NCBI GenBank assembly: GCA_039621445.1
Contig: CP154954.1
Location: 14,116,387 to 14,180,386, forward strand
Direction of reading: 5' to 3'
DNA: 64,000 nucleotides
Source: Euglena gracilis
Lineage: Eukaryota
This document shows positions 26,336-39,954 of this stretch, piece after piece; the first letter of the stretch is position 1, and the number at the start of each line of letters is the position of its first letter. The position numbers and the translations under genes are program-made. Under the pieces are notes generated by a model that worked only from the letters and a program-made list of their open reading frames with translations, was not told the DNA's origin and made no database searches.

Positions 26336-29300
26336 ATGGTTGGCAGAAGTGGATTCACTGACTTCGTCAGTGAAAAGTTTTCGAATTCCCTGAACATGAC
26401 AAGCAGAGAATTTTTTGCCAGCCCTGTCGACAAAACTTTTTTCAGCCCAGAAAACAGGGACGAATTTGCTGGCACAGCCAGCAGAAATCTTGCTGAAAAG
26501 TTTGACACGGTCACAGAGTTTTCAGAGTCCAAAAAGTTTGCTGAGTCTGTGAATGTGGAATCACAGAATTTTTCAGGTCAGCCACCAGAATTTTCGGAGA
26601 GCAGCCCCCGAAATCAAAATGTCAGAACTGCAGAATCTGTGGAATCTGAGGGGTTGTTTCAATCAGTTGGTCGAAGTCAGCTGGGCGAATGGAATCATTC
26701 AGGTTTTTCTGCAGGGTCTGCCAATCAATCTTCAATCTCAAATCAATCAATTCCCAGCTCCCTGCCATTTACAATCACAGGTTTTACACAATCACAGGTT
26801 GCCTCAGGTGATAATTCAGAGTTTTCGTCTGAAAAATCAGGGGATAGCCCTGTAAACTGTTTCCCCATAAGGATGATAACTGCACAGGGGGAAATTTCAC
26901 AGCCAGAAGGGGAAAATCAGCTGGTTCAGTGGGCAGAATCCCCCCCGTCGTATCAAAGTGACTGTGAAACGGAGGGGGAGGGTGCGCAAAACCCAGATCG
27001 GTTGAGAGAAATGGAGGATTTTTTGATTGCTGCAGGTTGGGTACCACCCAGAAATCAGGGTTTGGAGCAAAATCTGCCAAATTTTTCTGCGAATTACAGT
27101 TTTCTGATGCAAACCCCCCAGCTGGACAGCCAGTTTGGAAATAAGTGCCCAGAATTTGGGACACATCTCCCACAAATTGAAGGGGGTGAACCTGTACTTT
27201 TACTGGAGGACAGATTTTCAGTTAACCGTGGATTAACAGCCAGCGAGGGGATGTTAATTTCGACACAGCCAGCCCCTGAAAATTTAACATCAGCAGTTTT
27301 AATGACTGAATCTTCCAATCTGGCCGTAGGGGGGCCAGCCGGGCTGTTAAATCAAGTAGGGTCTAACATGGAAATCAGGGGGGATGAGGAAATGGAACCA
27401 GAATTGTCTGTTTTTCAGCCCCCTGTTTTTGGACCACAGCCCCCCGAATCAAATTGTCAAATGATGGGGGGTGATGATTTTGACTCATGGGACCAATGGG
27501 CATATGGGGTGGATTGTTATTTACAAGAATTGAGCCGAAGCATAACTAACTGGGAGAGCATAATTCCCCCCCAGGTTGTGATTGAGAATCGGCTGGAAAT
27601 TTTTGAGAAGAATTTGGCTGAAAAAAATGCTCGAGCACAGACAGAACTTTTGCATTTCATCCATGAAAATTTGGAGAAACAAACTGCTGAAATGTGCAGC
27701 CAGTTTGAGCACGAAAAGCAAAAAAGTCAGGAGCAAATTCAGCAATCAGTCAGCCAATTTATTTTACGATGCCAGGAAGGGGGGAGTGCTGTGGAAAACA
27801 TTGCAAACTGCCACAAACAACTTTTGGGGATTGAAGTTCAAAGGCAGATCGACGGGAAATTTCATGATTTTGAGAAGAAATTACGGGATTTTCTGGGTGG
27901 TGAGCTGGCACAACTTGAGAGCTGTGGAAAAGATGTCCAGAACAAATTGTTTGCACCAGGTGGGTTGGTCGAACAAGTTGGCATTTGTTTGCATTCTGTT
28001 GAGGAAATTAAGTCAGATTTTCAGAAGGAAATTTTGGCAGTTCGGCTAGGAAATCGTGAGCTATGCTCTGGGGTGGACAGAAAATTTGCCGAAATCGCTG
28101 CTGGGCTGAAAATGGTGGGGGAGGAATCAAAATCAAGTTTTGGGACATTGGCCCAGGAAATTCAGCAGCGATTTGAAGCAACAAGAAACGAGAGCAAAGC
28201 TCTGGGGGGCAGGGTCGCAGCAATTGAGAAATTTCTGGGCAGCCAGGAGGTGCCTTGGGATAAGATGGTTTTGAAATGCTGGGAAATCAGAAGCAACAAT
28301 TCAACTGGAAGTTCGTAGGGAAATGGCAAGCCCAGGTCAAGAAAATGATGGAAATTATGATGGTGCAAATGATGGATGAAAAGCCATGAGGCAAACCCAA
28401 AAGGAAAACATTTTGAAAAATTGCAAACTGACATGAAAATCGAGTGAAAACAGCAATTTTTAACAGCTTTGACGAACATGCAGACAGATTTTCAGCGTGA
28501 AAAGAATCAACAGGAGGGTTTGCAAAAACTGTGTCAAACTTTGCAGACTCGTTTGGATTTCATGGAGGGGAGGGTTCAGAGGAATTTCAGCGAAAAAACA
28601 CAGCAAATTGACCCAAGGCACCTGAAGTGGCCCACCCAAGACAGTAAATCAGCCGAATTCTGGGATTTTTGGCATTAAGGGGGTGTCACAGGCTTCCAAT
28701 CATCTGGGATTTTCGGGATTAAGGGGGTAACCCCATGATGCCATGTGAAATCTGGGATGTTGATCTGGGCGGGTGCACACCATAAAGTAGTTCACAGGGG
28801 GGTGCATTTGCAATAAATCGGTCAGTGGCATTTGTGTCCATTGGGGGGGCACCCCAGCGACCCCCATAATCATAGTGTTGGTAACCAGCAGCGGTGCAGC
28901 ATTGTTGAGAAATTTGACTGCACCCAAAATTTTCAGGGAAAGTCTCAAGATTGGCAGCAATTTTCTGAGGATTGGCAAGCATTTTACGGAAACTGAATTC
29001 CTGCAGGGGGGGAAGTGAGTGAAGATGTTTGAAAGTTGCTCTGTTGGAGGATTGTCTTGACGAAACGAGCAAAAAAATCCTAGCTCCATCTCAAGGAAGG
29101 GGGGATCAATTTTAATGCCGGGTGGGGTCACCTGAAATGACACATTTCGCAGAATCAGGAATCTGGGGCAAGGCAAAATTGGCAGCAGGTGAGCCTTTTT
29201 AATATGGGCAAAGTAGCCCTTGAGCACTGGCTGAATTCAGGCAAATTTCAATGGCCAAGTGCAATGTTAAGGATCCCGGGGAGGGGGAAGCAAAACGACT

Positions 29301-30220
29301 TTTGTTGCAGAAACTTCCCTCATTCATCCTAAAATGGGTTTCGATGAGGAGGAAAGGAGGCTGAATAATCAGCCAACTTTACGGCCTAAAGGTGCCAGGG
29401 AATAGGAATTTCAGAAATGGTTTCGGAAAAGCTTGGGGAGAATACTTGGGAAAGACCCACAAAAGTGTCGGAAATTCACGAGGGGGAATTTTGAAATCAT
29501 TTTCCCTGACATCTCTGCCTATGAAAAAGTCAAGAGTTTTTCATGGCAAAGAGTTTGACGATTCAAACGTTTTGTTTCAGGTTCAGGAAATTGAACCAAT
29601 TTTGAACACCGAGGATATTTTCAATCTCTTGACACAAAAGGTGACACTCAGAAACAAGCATGACGCCTTACAAAGTTCTGTTTCATCCCCAGGCTATCAA
29701 GGGTTTCAGGCGTTCAAGATCGGTGGGTGCTGAAAATCGAGGGGGGAGGCAATCGGGGAGTCGGAAGAGTTCACCTGGGTCAACCCCGGGTAGGGCAACG
29801 ACACCTCCCCCAGCCAGAAGCAAATCACAAATCAGCGAAACAGCAAAACCTGATCAATTGTTGCGGTTTCATCTTCAAATGTGCAGCCATCAAGCATTCT
29901 TCAAGGCTTTCAACGGTGGAGAACCCACCCAATGTGCAAAGACCGGTGGTGGGGGGGGGGGGCACAATGGATCCCACCCCCCCTCACAACCAACAAGGCC
30001 GTATGTTGCTAGACAAGCCCCGTGGAACAGAAACAATTTTCAGCCGTATGGCAAGGGCAGCCCATGGAAAGGGGGGAATAATTCCCAGGGACATGGGGCA
30101 AATAACTCCCAATGGTATGGGGGTAACCAACAGGGGTACAAGGGGAAGGGTGGTAAGGGAAGGGGGAGAGGCAAAGGATTTGACCAGAATTTCGGTGCCA
30201 AAGGGGGGGAAGGGCAATAA
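26336..30220 (+). pseudogene. gag: gag of element 2 (long coiled-coil N-part, capsid-like APKFSG..W motif, Gly/Lys-rich end); frameshifted
   Basis: 660-aa ORF at 26336-28318 plus broken frames to 30220, located between the PBS and pol. Confidence 0.65.
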
Positions 30221-30689
30221 CAATAACAATAACCGAACGCAAGCGGTGGCCCCCCCTATTCGTCATTAGGGACGCCGGAGTCATGTTTTTGAGGGGTTTA
30301 CATCCTCGGGCATCCCCAACCCCGAAGCCATTTTGCGCAACCCAACCACATCTTCACATGGAGAATATTACCGTGGTGGAGAATGTGTGTCTTTGTCTTC
30401 CAATCCCTTCACCTCAGGTTCGAAATCAGGCAATGAAGAGTGTGCAATATCGAAGATGAGCAATGGTGCCAATTCAATGATTTCAATGAGTTCATCCTCG
30501 ACAGCCAACTCGAGAAGACAAGTGGCCTTGAGCCTTGAGGCCTTGAGTGGCCAATGGCAGCCCGTGTCGAGGAAGGGCAAACCATGGACCAGGTGTGCAA
30601 GCCAGGAGAGTGCACGGCCCAGGTTCAACAATTATTATGGTTGTTTGAGCCAAAGACCATCCATCAAAGGTGTGGGAAGTTGGAAAGTT

Positions 30690-31295
30690 CCCAAGGCGTT
30701 GGATTTGTTTTCGGGAAAAGGGTCTGTTGGGAGGTGTTTGGAGGAAAACGGGTACCAGGTGGTATCCTTGGATGTGAACCCAAAATTTCACCCAACCCAC
30801 GTTACGGATATTCTGGAGTGGAATTATCGAAAATACCCCCGTGGATATTTTCAAGTCATAACGGCAAGTGTGCCTTGCACGGAGTATAGCCGTGCTAAGA
30901 CGGTGGGAGAAAGAAATTTGGAATGGGCAGACCAACTTGTGACAAAAACTTTGGAAATTGTGGAGTATTTTCAGCCCAAATTGTGGTGGATTGAAAATCC
31001 CCGAACGGGACTTTTGCCAAAAAGGCATTGTGTGCAAAATTTGAATTTCATTGATGTGGATTATTGTCAATTTTCCGACTGGGGATATCAGAAACCCACT
31101 CGTATTTGGGGGAGTCAAAATTTGTTGAGTTTGAAGGACAAACTTTGTGATGGGAAAACCTGCCCCCATTTGATGGTGAGTGAGGGGGGTGGGTGGGTTG
31201 GTTCACAAAGAACAATTGGGAGGAAACGGAATGAGGGTGAGCACTCAACAAAAATGGAGAGTACCTGAGAAGTTGGTCGAGTACCTTCTTTCGGC
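30690..31295 (+). CDS. C5-cytosine DNA methyltransferase domain at the N-terminus of pol (frameshift near 31190)
   Basis: Motif I ALDLFSGKGS, motif IV ASVPCTEYS (catalytic PC), motif VI WIENP and motif VIII YCQF..WGYQKPTRIW. Motif X-like WRVPEKLVEYLL lies in the next frame. Confidence 0.88.
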
Positions 31296-31329
31296 CCTTG
31301 ATTTTAAGGAGGAGAAATTTTCCTTCAAA

Positions 31330-31725
31330 CGTGAGGACTATGCCGTTCGAAATTCATTTGTGCAAATGATTGAGGAGAGTTTTCAAAGGAGGGCCGAGGT
31401 GGATTGTTTTGCTTCTACCCAAAATTCTCAGTGCACGTCATATTTGACCGAGAAGGAAAATGCTTTGGCGGTACCATGGGGAGGGGGAGGCACGGTTTGG
31501 TTGAACCCTCCCTGGTCATTGTGGCCAAAGGTGGCAAAGAAATTGCAAAAGGACCCTTGTGATGCCATTTGCATTTTACCCGATTGGAACAGAGGTTGGG
31601 TGAGAGAACTTGTTCGGAAGGCAACAAAAAAGTTGTATTTTCCACCCGGAACCAAGCTTTTTGAGGTCGATGGGAAACCAATGGGGGGTGTGAAGTGGGG
31701 AGTTTGGGCCTTGTTGATAGAGGGT
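31330..31725 (+). CDS. Phage/DIRS-type Dam-like N6-adenine DNA methyltransferase domain
   Basis: EDY...VDCFASTQN...NALAVPW...WLNPPW...ICILPDW, in frame with the downstream protease. Confidence 0.85.
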
Positions 31726-31839
31726 AATAAGCCCCCCGCCAACACTAGCAACCCCAAGAAACCAAAGGTGGTACATTTGAAATCACGGATGGTTAAAAAG
31801 AGATACCCACCCACAGGGATTGAGAAATTTTCGAAGGAC

Positions 31840-34800
31840 CGACAACTTTTGATTCGGACAAGGGTTGTTTTAGGGAACGGGGAGGAACAAAATTTGGATA
31901 TTTTGGTGGACACCGGTGCGGAGGCTAACCTCATAAAGCAAGGGTTAGTGAGTGAGCACCTAATGTATTCGGCCGAACACCCCTTAAGGTTTGAAACCGC
32001 TAACGGTCAAGCGTTGAGTGGTGGGGGGAGGTGCACTAAGGTGGTGATGAAGTTGCAAGGGGAGGTGAACGATAATACCCCACCCACAGATTTTGAGTAC
32101 GATGTGGAATTTTATGAAGCCAATATCAAAGTGGACGCAATTTTGTCATACCCATGGCTTGTGCAAACAAAAATTGGAATTTTTCCACATCATCGTGCTT
32201 TGGTAGTGGAGGAACCCGAGTTGACATTTTTGTTCGGTGTGAGAGATCATAGGAGAAAACGACAAGGAAAAGTCCCTAACACACTACCCCAAAGGGGGGT
32301 GTGACAAATTTGGAAAAGTTTGGTTTCCAACTTCCTATGGAGGGTTTTGATCAAAGGGGACAAGCCTTGGACGAACACTCGCTCAAGATTTTGGGAAAGA
32401 ATTTGGAGATTGCAAATGAAAACCCCCTACCAATTCGCAAAATGATTATTGCAAGGGAGGGGGAGGGGAATAATGAAACGGAATCCAAAGAGGGAGAGAG
32501 AATAAGGGAGCTAAGAGAGGAGATTTTTGGAAGGTATGGTGGAACCGTATTTCGGTCTAAGGTACAACCCGACCCACCCGTAAGAGGACCATATGGTTAT
32601 GCATTCATACCTTTGCAAGAAGGAGCGCGGCCCACCCGACAAAAACCATTTTTCATGCACGGGGAACGAAAAGAAGCTTTGGAAAAAATCACTCAAGATT
32701 GGATCGATATGAAATTCATCGAGCCAGCCACAACAAAAAATTCAGAATGGCTCTCACAAACATTCCCCGTGCCCAAAAAGTCAGCCGATTTTCCTTGGAG
32801 GGGGGTTGTTGACATGAGGGGACCCAACAGCCAATCCCGTAGATGCAACTACCCTCTTCCGAAAATCGAAGACATCCTGGTGAAGCATGGCGCAAACCAA
32901 ATGTTCTCCATTTTGGATTTAAAACAAGCCTTTCACCAACAGCCGCTTCACCCGGATAGTAGGCCTATAACTTGCTCCTTCACACCAAAGGGTCTTTACC
33001 AATGGAGGGTAAATGTAATGGGGTTAACCAATGCCTCACAACAATTTCAACAAATGATGGATGACCGTTTAGCACCCGTAAGGGATATAGCTACCCCATA
33101 CATTGATGACATTTTGGTAGGGACTACCGTCGGGGAGGGGGAGGATCTCCTCGAGGCACACAAAAGGGATTTGTGTAGGGTGTTGGATTTACTCGCCGAG
33201 GAAATTTTTGTAGTGGACCCAAAAAAAGCGGAATTATTCATCAAAGAAGTGGAATTTTGTGGCCAGATTTTGGGGCATGGCATGCGTCGGCCGGCCCCCG
33301 GCAAATTACGTGCCATTGAGAAATGGGAGGTTCCTACAACCATAACGGCCTTAAGGGCTTTCCTCGGTTTCACAAATTATTACAACACCTACATACACAT
33401 GTATGCCCAAGTTGCGGCACCTTTGCAAGATAAGTTGAAGGTATCTAGGGAGGAAGGCAAGAAAGGGAGCAAAAAATGGGTTGAATTCGGGGAGGTTGAA
33501 CACAAAGCATTTGAGGAGTTAAAGAAACGGTTGTGTTCCGGTTTAATTCTTCAAAGGGTAGACCCCGATAAACCCTTTGCTTTGAGAGTTGATGCGAGTG
33601 GGTATGCCGTAGGAGCAACTTTGGAACAACTCAAAGAAGGAAACGGTACGCCCACACCCCAAGATATTTTGGACAAAAAAACGGTGCCTGTTGCTTTTAT
33701 GTCCCGAAAACTCACCGAGGGGCAAAGAAAATGGACCCCCCGGGAATTGGAGACATATGCCATAATTTTGGCACTCCAAAAGTGGGAAAGTTGGATTGGT
33801 CTCCAACCCATTTTGGTGTTGACCGATCACCAAAGTTTGGAGGCATGGGCAAAAGAAGTGCTCGACACCCCAAGTGGACCGGTGGGGAGGAGGGCACGAT
33901 GGCACCAAATTTTCTCAAAATACGATTTGACAGTGGGGTATATTCCGGGGAAGGAAAACACCATTGCCGACATTTTAAGTCGGTGGGCATACCCCGCTTC
34001 GCAAGCTCTAAGGGACATTAGTAAACATGGTTCGGCCGAAGATAAGAGGGAAATGGAGGAGCTCATAAGAGAGGAGAGGGAAGATGAGAAAAATTGCTTG
34101 TTGGTCAAAGTCAAAAATCAGCCTGACGCTCGTAATTTGTGGATAAGGGGGGTGGTAACCCGCAGCGGAAAAGAGGTGGCACCCAACGTTGTGGATGATG
34201 CATCAGGGAGGGGTACCGAGAGTGTAGAAGGTCCGGGAGGAATAAACACCACCGAAGACGCTCACTCACAAGGGCCTAGGGAATTTGGTTCGAAAAAGGG
34301 TAAGAGGAGAGTTACCTTTTGGGATGGAGTGGACCCTGCGGGAAATTTGGTGACCAACCCAAAACTTCCGACTAATGAGTTACCGAGGGGGGGAACTGGA
34401 GGGGGTGGGGCCCCACCAACTCCAAGTGCAACCCCTAAGCTAACAAAATCAGTTTGGGAGAGAGATTGGGTGGTTGCATATACCGAATGCCCCACTTGGA
34501 GGGAAATTTGGCAAGCAACTCAAGAAAATGGTGAGTGGCCAAAGGGGGTGAAAGTCCACAAAAACCAAATGTTTCGGGAAGAGAAGTTGTGTGTTCCACT
34601 GGGTTTTCAAGAAATGATCATCCTTGAAAACCACAAATTCCTTGGACATGTAGGTCCGGAAAAGGTGTGGAGACACGTCAATTTGAGGTATGCATGGGCT
34701 GATGAAAAGAAGGCAAAAGTTTTCACCGACAGTTGTAGCAAAAATTGCACAACGTGTCAAGCAAGCTCGCGGGGGGAGACATTGAAAGGACCCATTGATT

Positions 34801-35930
34801 CAACACCCATACCACCCGCACCCATGGTAAGTGTGGCAATTGACCTTTTCAAAATGCCAAAGGTGTTGTACGAGGGGGGGGGAGTACAACACAATGGCTG
34901 TTTGTGTGGACCGACATTCCGGTTGGATTGTAGCCATACCATGTTTTGATAAGGGATTAACGGGTGCAAAGTTGGCCAAGGAAATGCTTAAGTCCCAATG
35001 GAAACCCTTTGGAGTACCTTCAATAATTTCAAGTGACCAAGGGAGCCATTTTGTCAGCACATGGTGGCAAACCATGTGTTCACTCATGGGGATTAGACAA
35101 GCATTTTCCCAAGCTTACCACCACCAAGCGAATGGGAGGGTGGAAAGAGCCGGTCAACAAATTATGGAAGTCCTCCGAAAATTGTTTGTGGAGGAAAAAA
35201 AGAATTGGGTGGAAGCTCTTCCCCAAGTTTTGGATCGTATTCATGACACCAAGGGGGAGAGTGGTTTTAGTCCTTACGAAATTTTGTTCGGAAGGGATAG
35301 ACCCATTGGGGGGATACCCTATGAACCAACAAAGGTGTGTGAGGACGCTCAAAGTTTTTTCGCCGAATGAGGGAGATGGATGAGAAAGTTGCAAAGGTGC
35401 TCAACCACACACATTGGGTTCAAGCGAGTTGGGTCAACCAAGGGAGGAGGGAGTTGGTGCCCTTAAAATTAGGAACCCAAGTGTGGTATAGGAGACCCGA
35501 AGGATCCGGGGAAAAATTGGATTCCAGATGGATTGGACCTGGGATTATCAAAGCCCGGGAGGGGGAGAGGAGTTACCTTATTGAAATTAAGCCCGGGATG
35601 GAAATTAAGACTCACCGTAGTTTCCTTAAGGAGTACAAAGGGCCTGAAGTTTTTGGTGAGGGGGTTCCTTTGTTCTTTTTCAAAAGAACCGAAAAAGAGG
35701 AAGAAGCAATGCCTGATGAGTGGGAGGTAGAAAAAATTCTAAATCATCGCAAGAGGGGGGGAACCTGGGAGTTCCTCACAAAATGGGTTGGATATAATGA
35801 TGGGGAGGAAACTTGGGAGCCGGTGGGGAATTTTATACACCGGTTTAGTGAGGAGTTGGTAAGGTATTGCTCGAGGAAAAATCTAGGGGTCGATTTGATG
35901 TCGGAATTGAAAAAATCTTTGAAACCCTAG
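31840..35930 (+). pseudogene. pol: pol: aspartic protease, RT, RNase H, integrase and chromodomain (frameshifts/stops near 32300, 34875 and 35368)
   Basis: Motifs ILVDTGAEANL, LDLKQAFHQ, YIDD, VDASGYAVGA, TDH, H...H/CxxC, SSDQGSHF, ANGRVER and chromo WEVEKILNHR...KWVGY...TWEP. Confidence 0.93.
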
Positions 35931-36300
35931 TGAGCCGAAAGTTGAAGGCTCGGTTCATTTTTTTTTTTGGATGGGGGAGCCCAAATGTTTGAGGCTCTTG
36001 ATTTGAATCGGGCCAAGTGCTGTTTCGGCGAGTTATTTGTGTGCTACATATGCATTGCTTGTGCATCACATGTTTTGTTTTTGAATACACGATTCTCATA
36101 TGTTTTGATTTCTCGAGCATATGATGAATTCTCTGTCTTTCTCTCTCTCTCTTTCCCTGCGTATTTTGTGCTTGCTCTTCTCTTTCGCTTTGCTCTCACA
36201 GGTTTTGAGGACTTGGAGGCTCCAAGCACATTCAAGGGAGCCCCAAGGGAAAAGTGCGAGCACACCACCGCAAGGAGACGACGCAAGCAAGGAGGCGAGG

Positions 36301-36360
36301 CAAGGAGCGAGGAGACGAAGCAAGGAGCGAGGAGACGAGGCAAGGAGCGAGGAGACGAGG
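36301..36360 (+). repeat. Three copies of a 20-bp purine-rich tandem repeat (caaggagcgaggagacgagg)
   Basis: Seen directly in the 3' UTR of element 2. Confidence 0.9.
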
Positions 36361-37511
36361 AGATTTTACCCAACCAACCAAATACACCACTACCAACTTG
36401 TCCATAGCCTAGCCCCGTTGGGGATTTCCTCTTTATAAACGGCCCAATCACACGCTATCCGAGCCCCGAGCCCCACTGCCTATATTCCTCACCCCAACCT
36501 CACCTCACCTTCCCATACCGTGAATGGAAAGAAGGACCGAAGGATTTGTATTTTTTTTTCTTCAATGTTGAGCCATAGCCCCTGTAGGAGAGCGGCCCAA
36601 AGTGTATGGAGTTTTGATGATTTATTTGGATACCGAGTCATTGGTGAATTTTGCGAGGGGGAAGAAGCCTCACCTTCTCCGTGGGAGCGGGGGGGGGGGG
36701 GCTGAATTTTCTCCGATTTTTAGGTGAGCTCCCTCCAAACGTGTTTTGATCGAAGGGGGGGGGGGCGCCCATTCCCATTCCCATGTCCAAAGGATGGTGT
36801 AATGGAGACCGCCTGATTTTTCAGTTCATGTATGATACACCACGCGACGACCCTGTGAATTGTTATTTTTTTTGAATTTCACCGGATTTCATTCATGAAG
36901 GGTTGGTTGCATTTCAGATGTCCGCAAGGAGTGGGTCATGCAAGAGAACGCCTGACAATCCAAGAACCCGATTTTTTTGGTATGCCATGAGAAAGGGAGA
37001 CACAAGCGCCCGGGGGGGGGGTGCTGTCCGAACGCTCCCCAAAGCGGTCAAACCGAACGTTCGGTGGGGGGGGATTTTCCCTCCAAAATTATCTCTCCGG
37101 GGTGCAAAAAGTCAGAACTCTCCCCACGATGGGTTTTCGATGGGGGGGGGGGGGCGCTAGCCAAATTTTTGTTTAATTTTGAATGGATTTCACAGAGTTC
37201 GTGGCAATTTTCTCTCTTGGCACTTTTTTTTATGCCCCCAACCTGTGGAGGGGGGGGCGCATGGATTTTTTGGATTTGGGGGGGGACATTTTCGCACATT
37301 TCTGTGGAGCCGCCAAGTGGTGCCGTGTACCTTGTTTTTGTGGCAAGGTACACAAGCGAGGGGCATAGGCGTTTCATCATTCCCTATCTCAAAACATTAG
37401 TGAAGGATTCTCATTTTCTTTCGGGTTTCGTTCTGATTTTTGGATTTCTTCGCTTTTTTTTGTTCAATTTTTTTTTTTTTGAGGGTCCGACTAATGTCGC
37501 AAGGGAGGGGG

Positions 37512-38165
37512 TGTCGACTGTCGGGGGCGTCCGACAGTCAAAAATGGTAAGGCGGAAGCTTTTGAAAACACGGAATTTTCATTCCGCGCAGAACGCGCAT
37601 TCAATAGGAAAAGCCTAATTTGAGGTTCTAATTTAACATAATTTGCTTCCGCAGACCTTTGTGGGTTTTTTTGACATTGGCATCAATCAACAATTGATTT
37701 GGAGAATTGAATTCAAGACAAGTTGCATTGTTTGGAAGAATTGTCAATTTCAGGTCCTTCTTCCCACTTTCACGGTGTGTGCGCGTTTCTGTTGCCTTTT
37801 ACCACCATCCATTGCACCAAAACACCCACCCTGACCATTTCCAGTGTTTTTGCATTCTTAAGAAAGGGTGGGTGAAATGGCCTCATGGGGAAAGGAATTT
37901 GGGACAACAATTTCACTTAAACGGAATTTTGACTTTGTGCAAGTTTTCAGGGAAAAAGCAAATTCGATCCTACGCACACCCCTCTGGTCGGGGGGTACAC
38001 CAGTGGGCGATACGGGGGGTGGCCTGAGCCCTCCACCACCCGGAAAAACACTGGCCCCGGGCCAGGGAACGGCAGCCCCAAGGGTGGGTGTCGGGGACGA
38101 GGCAGCCGGCCGGGGGGCTGGGGTCTCGGCTCCGACACTCGCAGGGGGGGCGCCGGGTGTGAACA
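37512..38165 (+). repeat. 3' LTR of element 2, preceded by PPT aagggaggggg (37501-37511)
   Basis: Direct repeat of the 5' LTR. Confidence 0.95.
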
Positions 38166-38275
38166 CCTCACAAGGTGTTTGTGCTTCGCCCTTGTTGTCC
38201 CTTCCTCCCTTGTCGGTTTTCGTAGAGGTCGCAGCATGTGTGCAGAGGGTGTGCACACCAAAATTGCAGGGGGGG

Positions 38276-39700
38276 TGTCGGCTGCCGCTGGCGTCGGCAG
38301 CCAAAAATTTCCCAAAAATTCCCAAAAAAAAACCCCGGTAGGAATAACCAAAGCAAGTCAACTGCCACCCGAGTTGAATTGGAACCCCAGCAAATTTCAA
38401 GAAGAATTTGACAATTCTATTTGAGAAGCAGAAAAGAAAAAAAGTCAATTGGAGACTTGAAGAGCAAAAAGATCAATTCAAATATCAAAAGGAAGCCAAG
38501 GCATTCACTTCCACATTCTTTTTCCCACTCAACACCTGAACTCAAAGGTACCTGCCCACCCTCTCAAGTCCCAGGTTTGTTGTGCTCTGCTGTTTTATCC
38601 TAAGTGGGTGGGTTGGTTTGTCATTGTTGAATTTCATCCTGAAAGTTCAAAGTTGAAAACACGAGGAAAAACCCACAATGGAAAGAAACAAAGATCCTAC
38701 GCGGGGCATCTGGGGACCCCGGGTCGGGGGGGGCACACCTCACCCCCATTACCGCCGGTTGGCATGTTTGAAAACGGGGCTCAATTTCACAAAGGCCCTG
38801 GCCTGAGCCCACCAGGGCCGGAAAAGGGAGGTTGCGGCCCCAGCGAAAGCGGCGGCCCCCCCGGGCGAGCAGGGTCCCGGACCCCCAACAAGGTACGCAG
38901 AGTTGGCTTCACTGACTCCATCAGTGAAGAGCTTTTGGATTCGGTCGACGACAAATCTCAACCTCTATGTCTTGAATTCCAATGAAATATTGCTAATGTA
39001 AAGGACGTCTTACACAAAGAAGTTGTGGATGCTTTTGAGGGTTTGTTTTTGCAGGTGAATGTTCTGTGGACTTTGGTTCTGGCTTCTCCTGATGCACTAA
39101 GTCACAATCTGGCAGCTTTGAAATGCAGAGTGGAGAACATTGAAAAAATGTGCCAGGGTTTGTCAAGTGAGCCCAGCCACTCAGAGGGACAGGACACAGA
39201 AATGGAATTGACACGAAACTCAAAGTGGGTGATAACCAAGATTCAGTCCCTGAACCTTGAGGGCGAGGCTCTGACGAAACACCTGAAAGAGGTGACAGAT
39301 TCATTGGAAAAGGCAGAAGTGGAAATCGGAAGGTTGACCGAGCAAATAAAAACGTTGGAACTGCAAATCGCTGAAAAGTTGCAGCCCAGTGAACTGAAAT
39401 TACCAAGTCCAGAGGAATTTTGTGCCTGTGAACCTGAATTCTGGACGTGTCACAAATTTGCAGCCGTCATCAGTGTCTTCTGAGAAACCTTCCTCGGATT
39501 TTGCCGGACAGCCAAGAAAATTCAGACAGACAAAAAAATTATGGAGGCCTGCCAAAAACAGTTGGAATGACTTTCAATTTTTGAGACCAAGTTGGTTTCA
39601 AGATTGGTGAGGTTGGGACTGGCATTTAAATACATGGAACAGCTGGGGGTGGTTTCCACCATATCAGTGGTGGTGGTGATGTTTCTGTCAGCACTGGTCT
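38276..39700 (+). mobile_element. Truncated relative of element 2: LTR 38276-38890, PBS-like aggtacgcagag, start of coiled-coil gag
   Basis: Shares LTR-end and post-PBS sequence with 26060-26320. A coiled-coil ORF lies at 39025-39483. Confidence 0.65.
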
Positions 39701-39954
39701 GACCACTCACTGGCACAGCATAGCACCATACAGTGTCGAGTATGTGTCTGTGGGTTGTTTTGTGGTTGGTTTTTGATATGTTTTTTCACGGTGCTTTGGC
39801 GTCGGAGGCAGATGCGTAACCAGCCAGAAGTTTAAATCTGGATTTTCAGTTCACAGAGTTTGACTTATACAAAAACAGCCAAGTGAAACATCTTTCAATC
39901 TGGTTTCTGGGTTGCAGGTTTTTTCCCCAGTTGCTTTCAACTTAAATGGAGACG

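Larger units (their letters stand above)
25602..38165 (+). mobile_element. Full-length Ty3/Gypsy chromovirus (element 2, 12564 bp) carrying C5-DNMT and Dam-like N6-MTase domains
   Basis: 654-bp LTRs with TG...CA ends, 4-bp TSD CCTC (25598-25601 / 38166-38169), PBS and PPT. Domain order is gag-DNMT-Dam-PR-RT-RH-IN-CHD. Confidence 0.95.
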
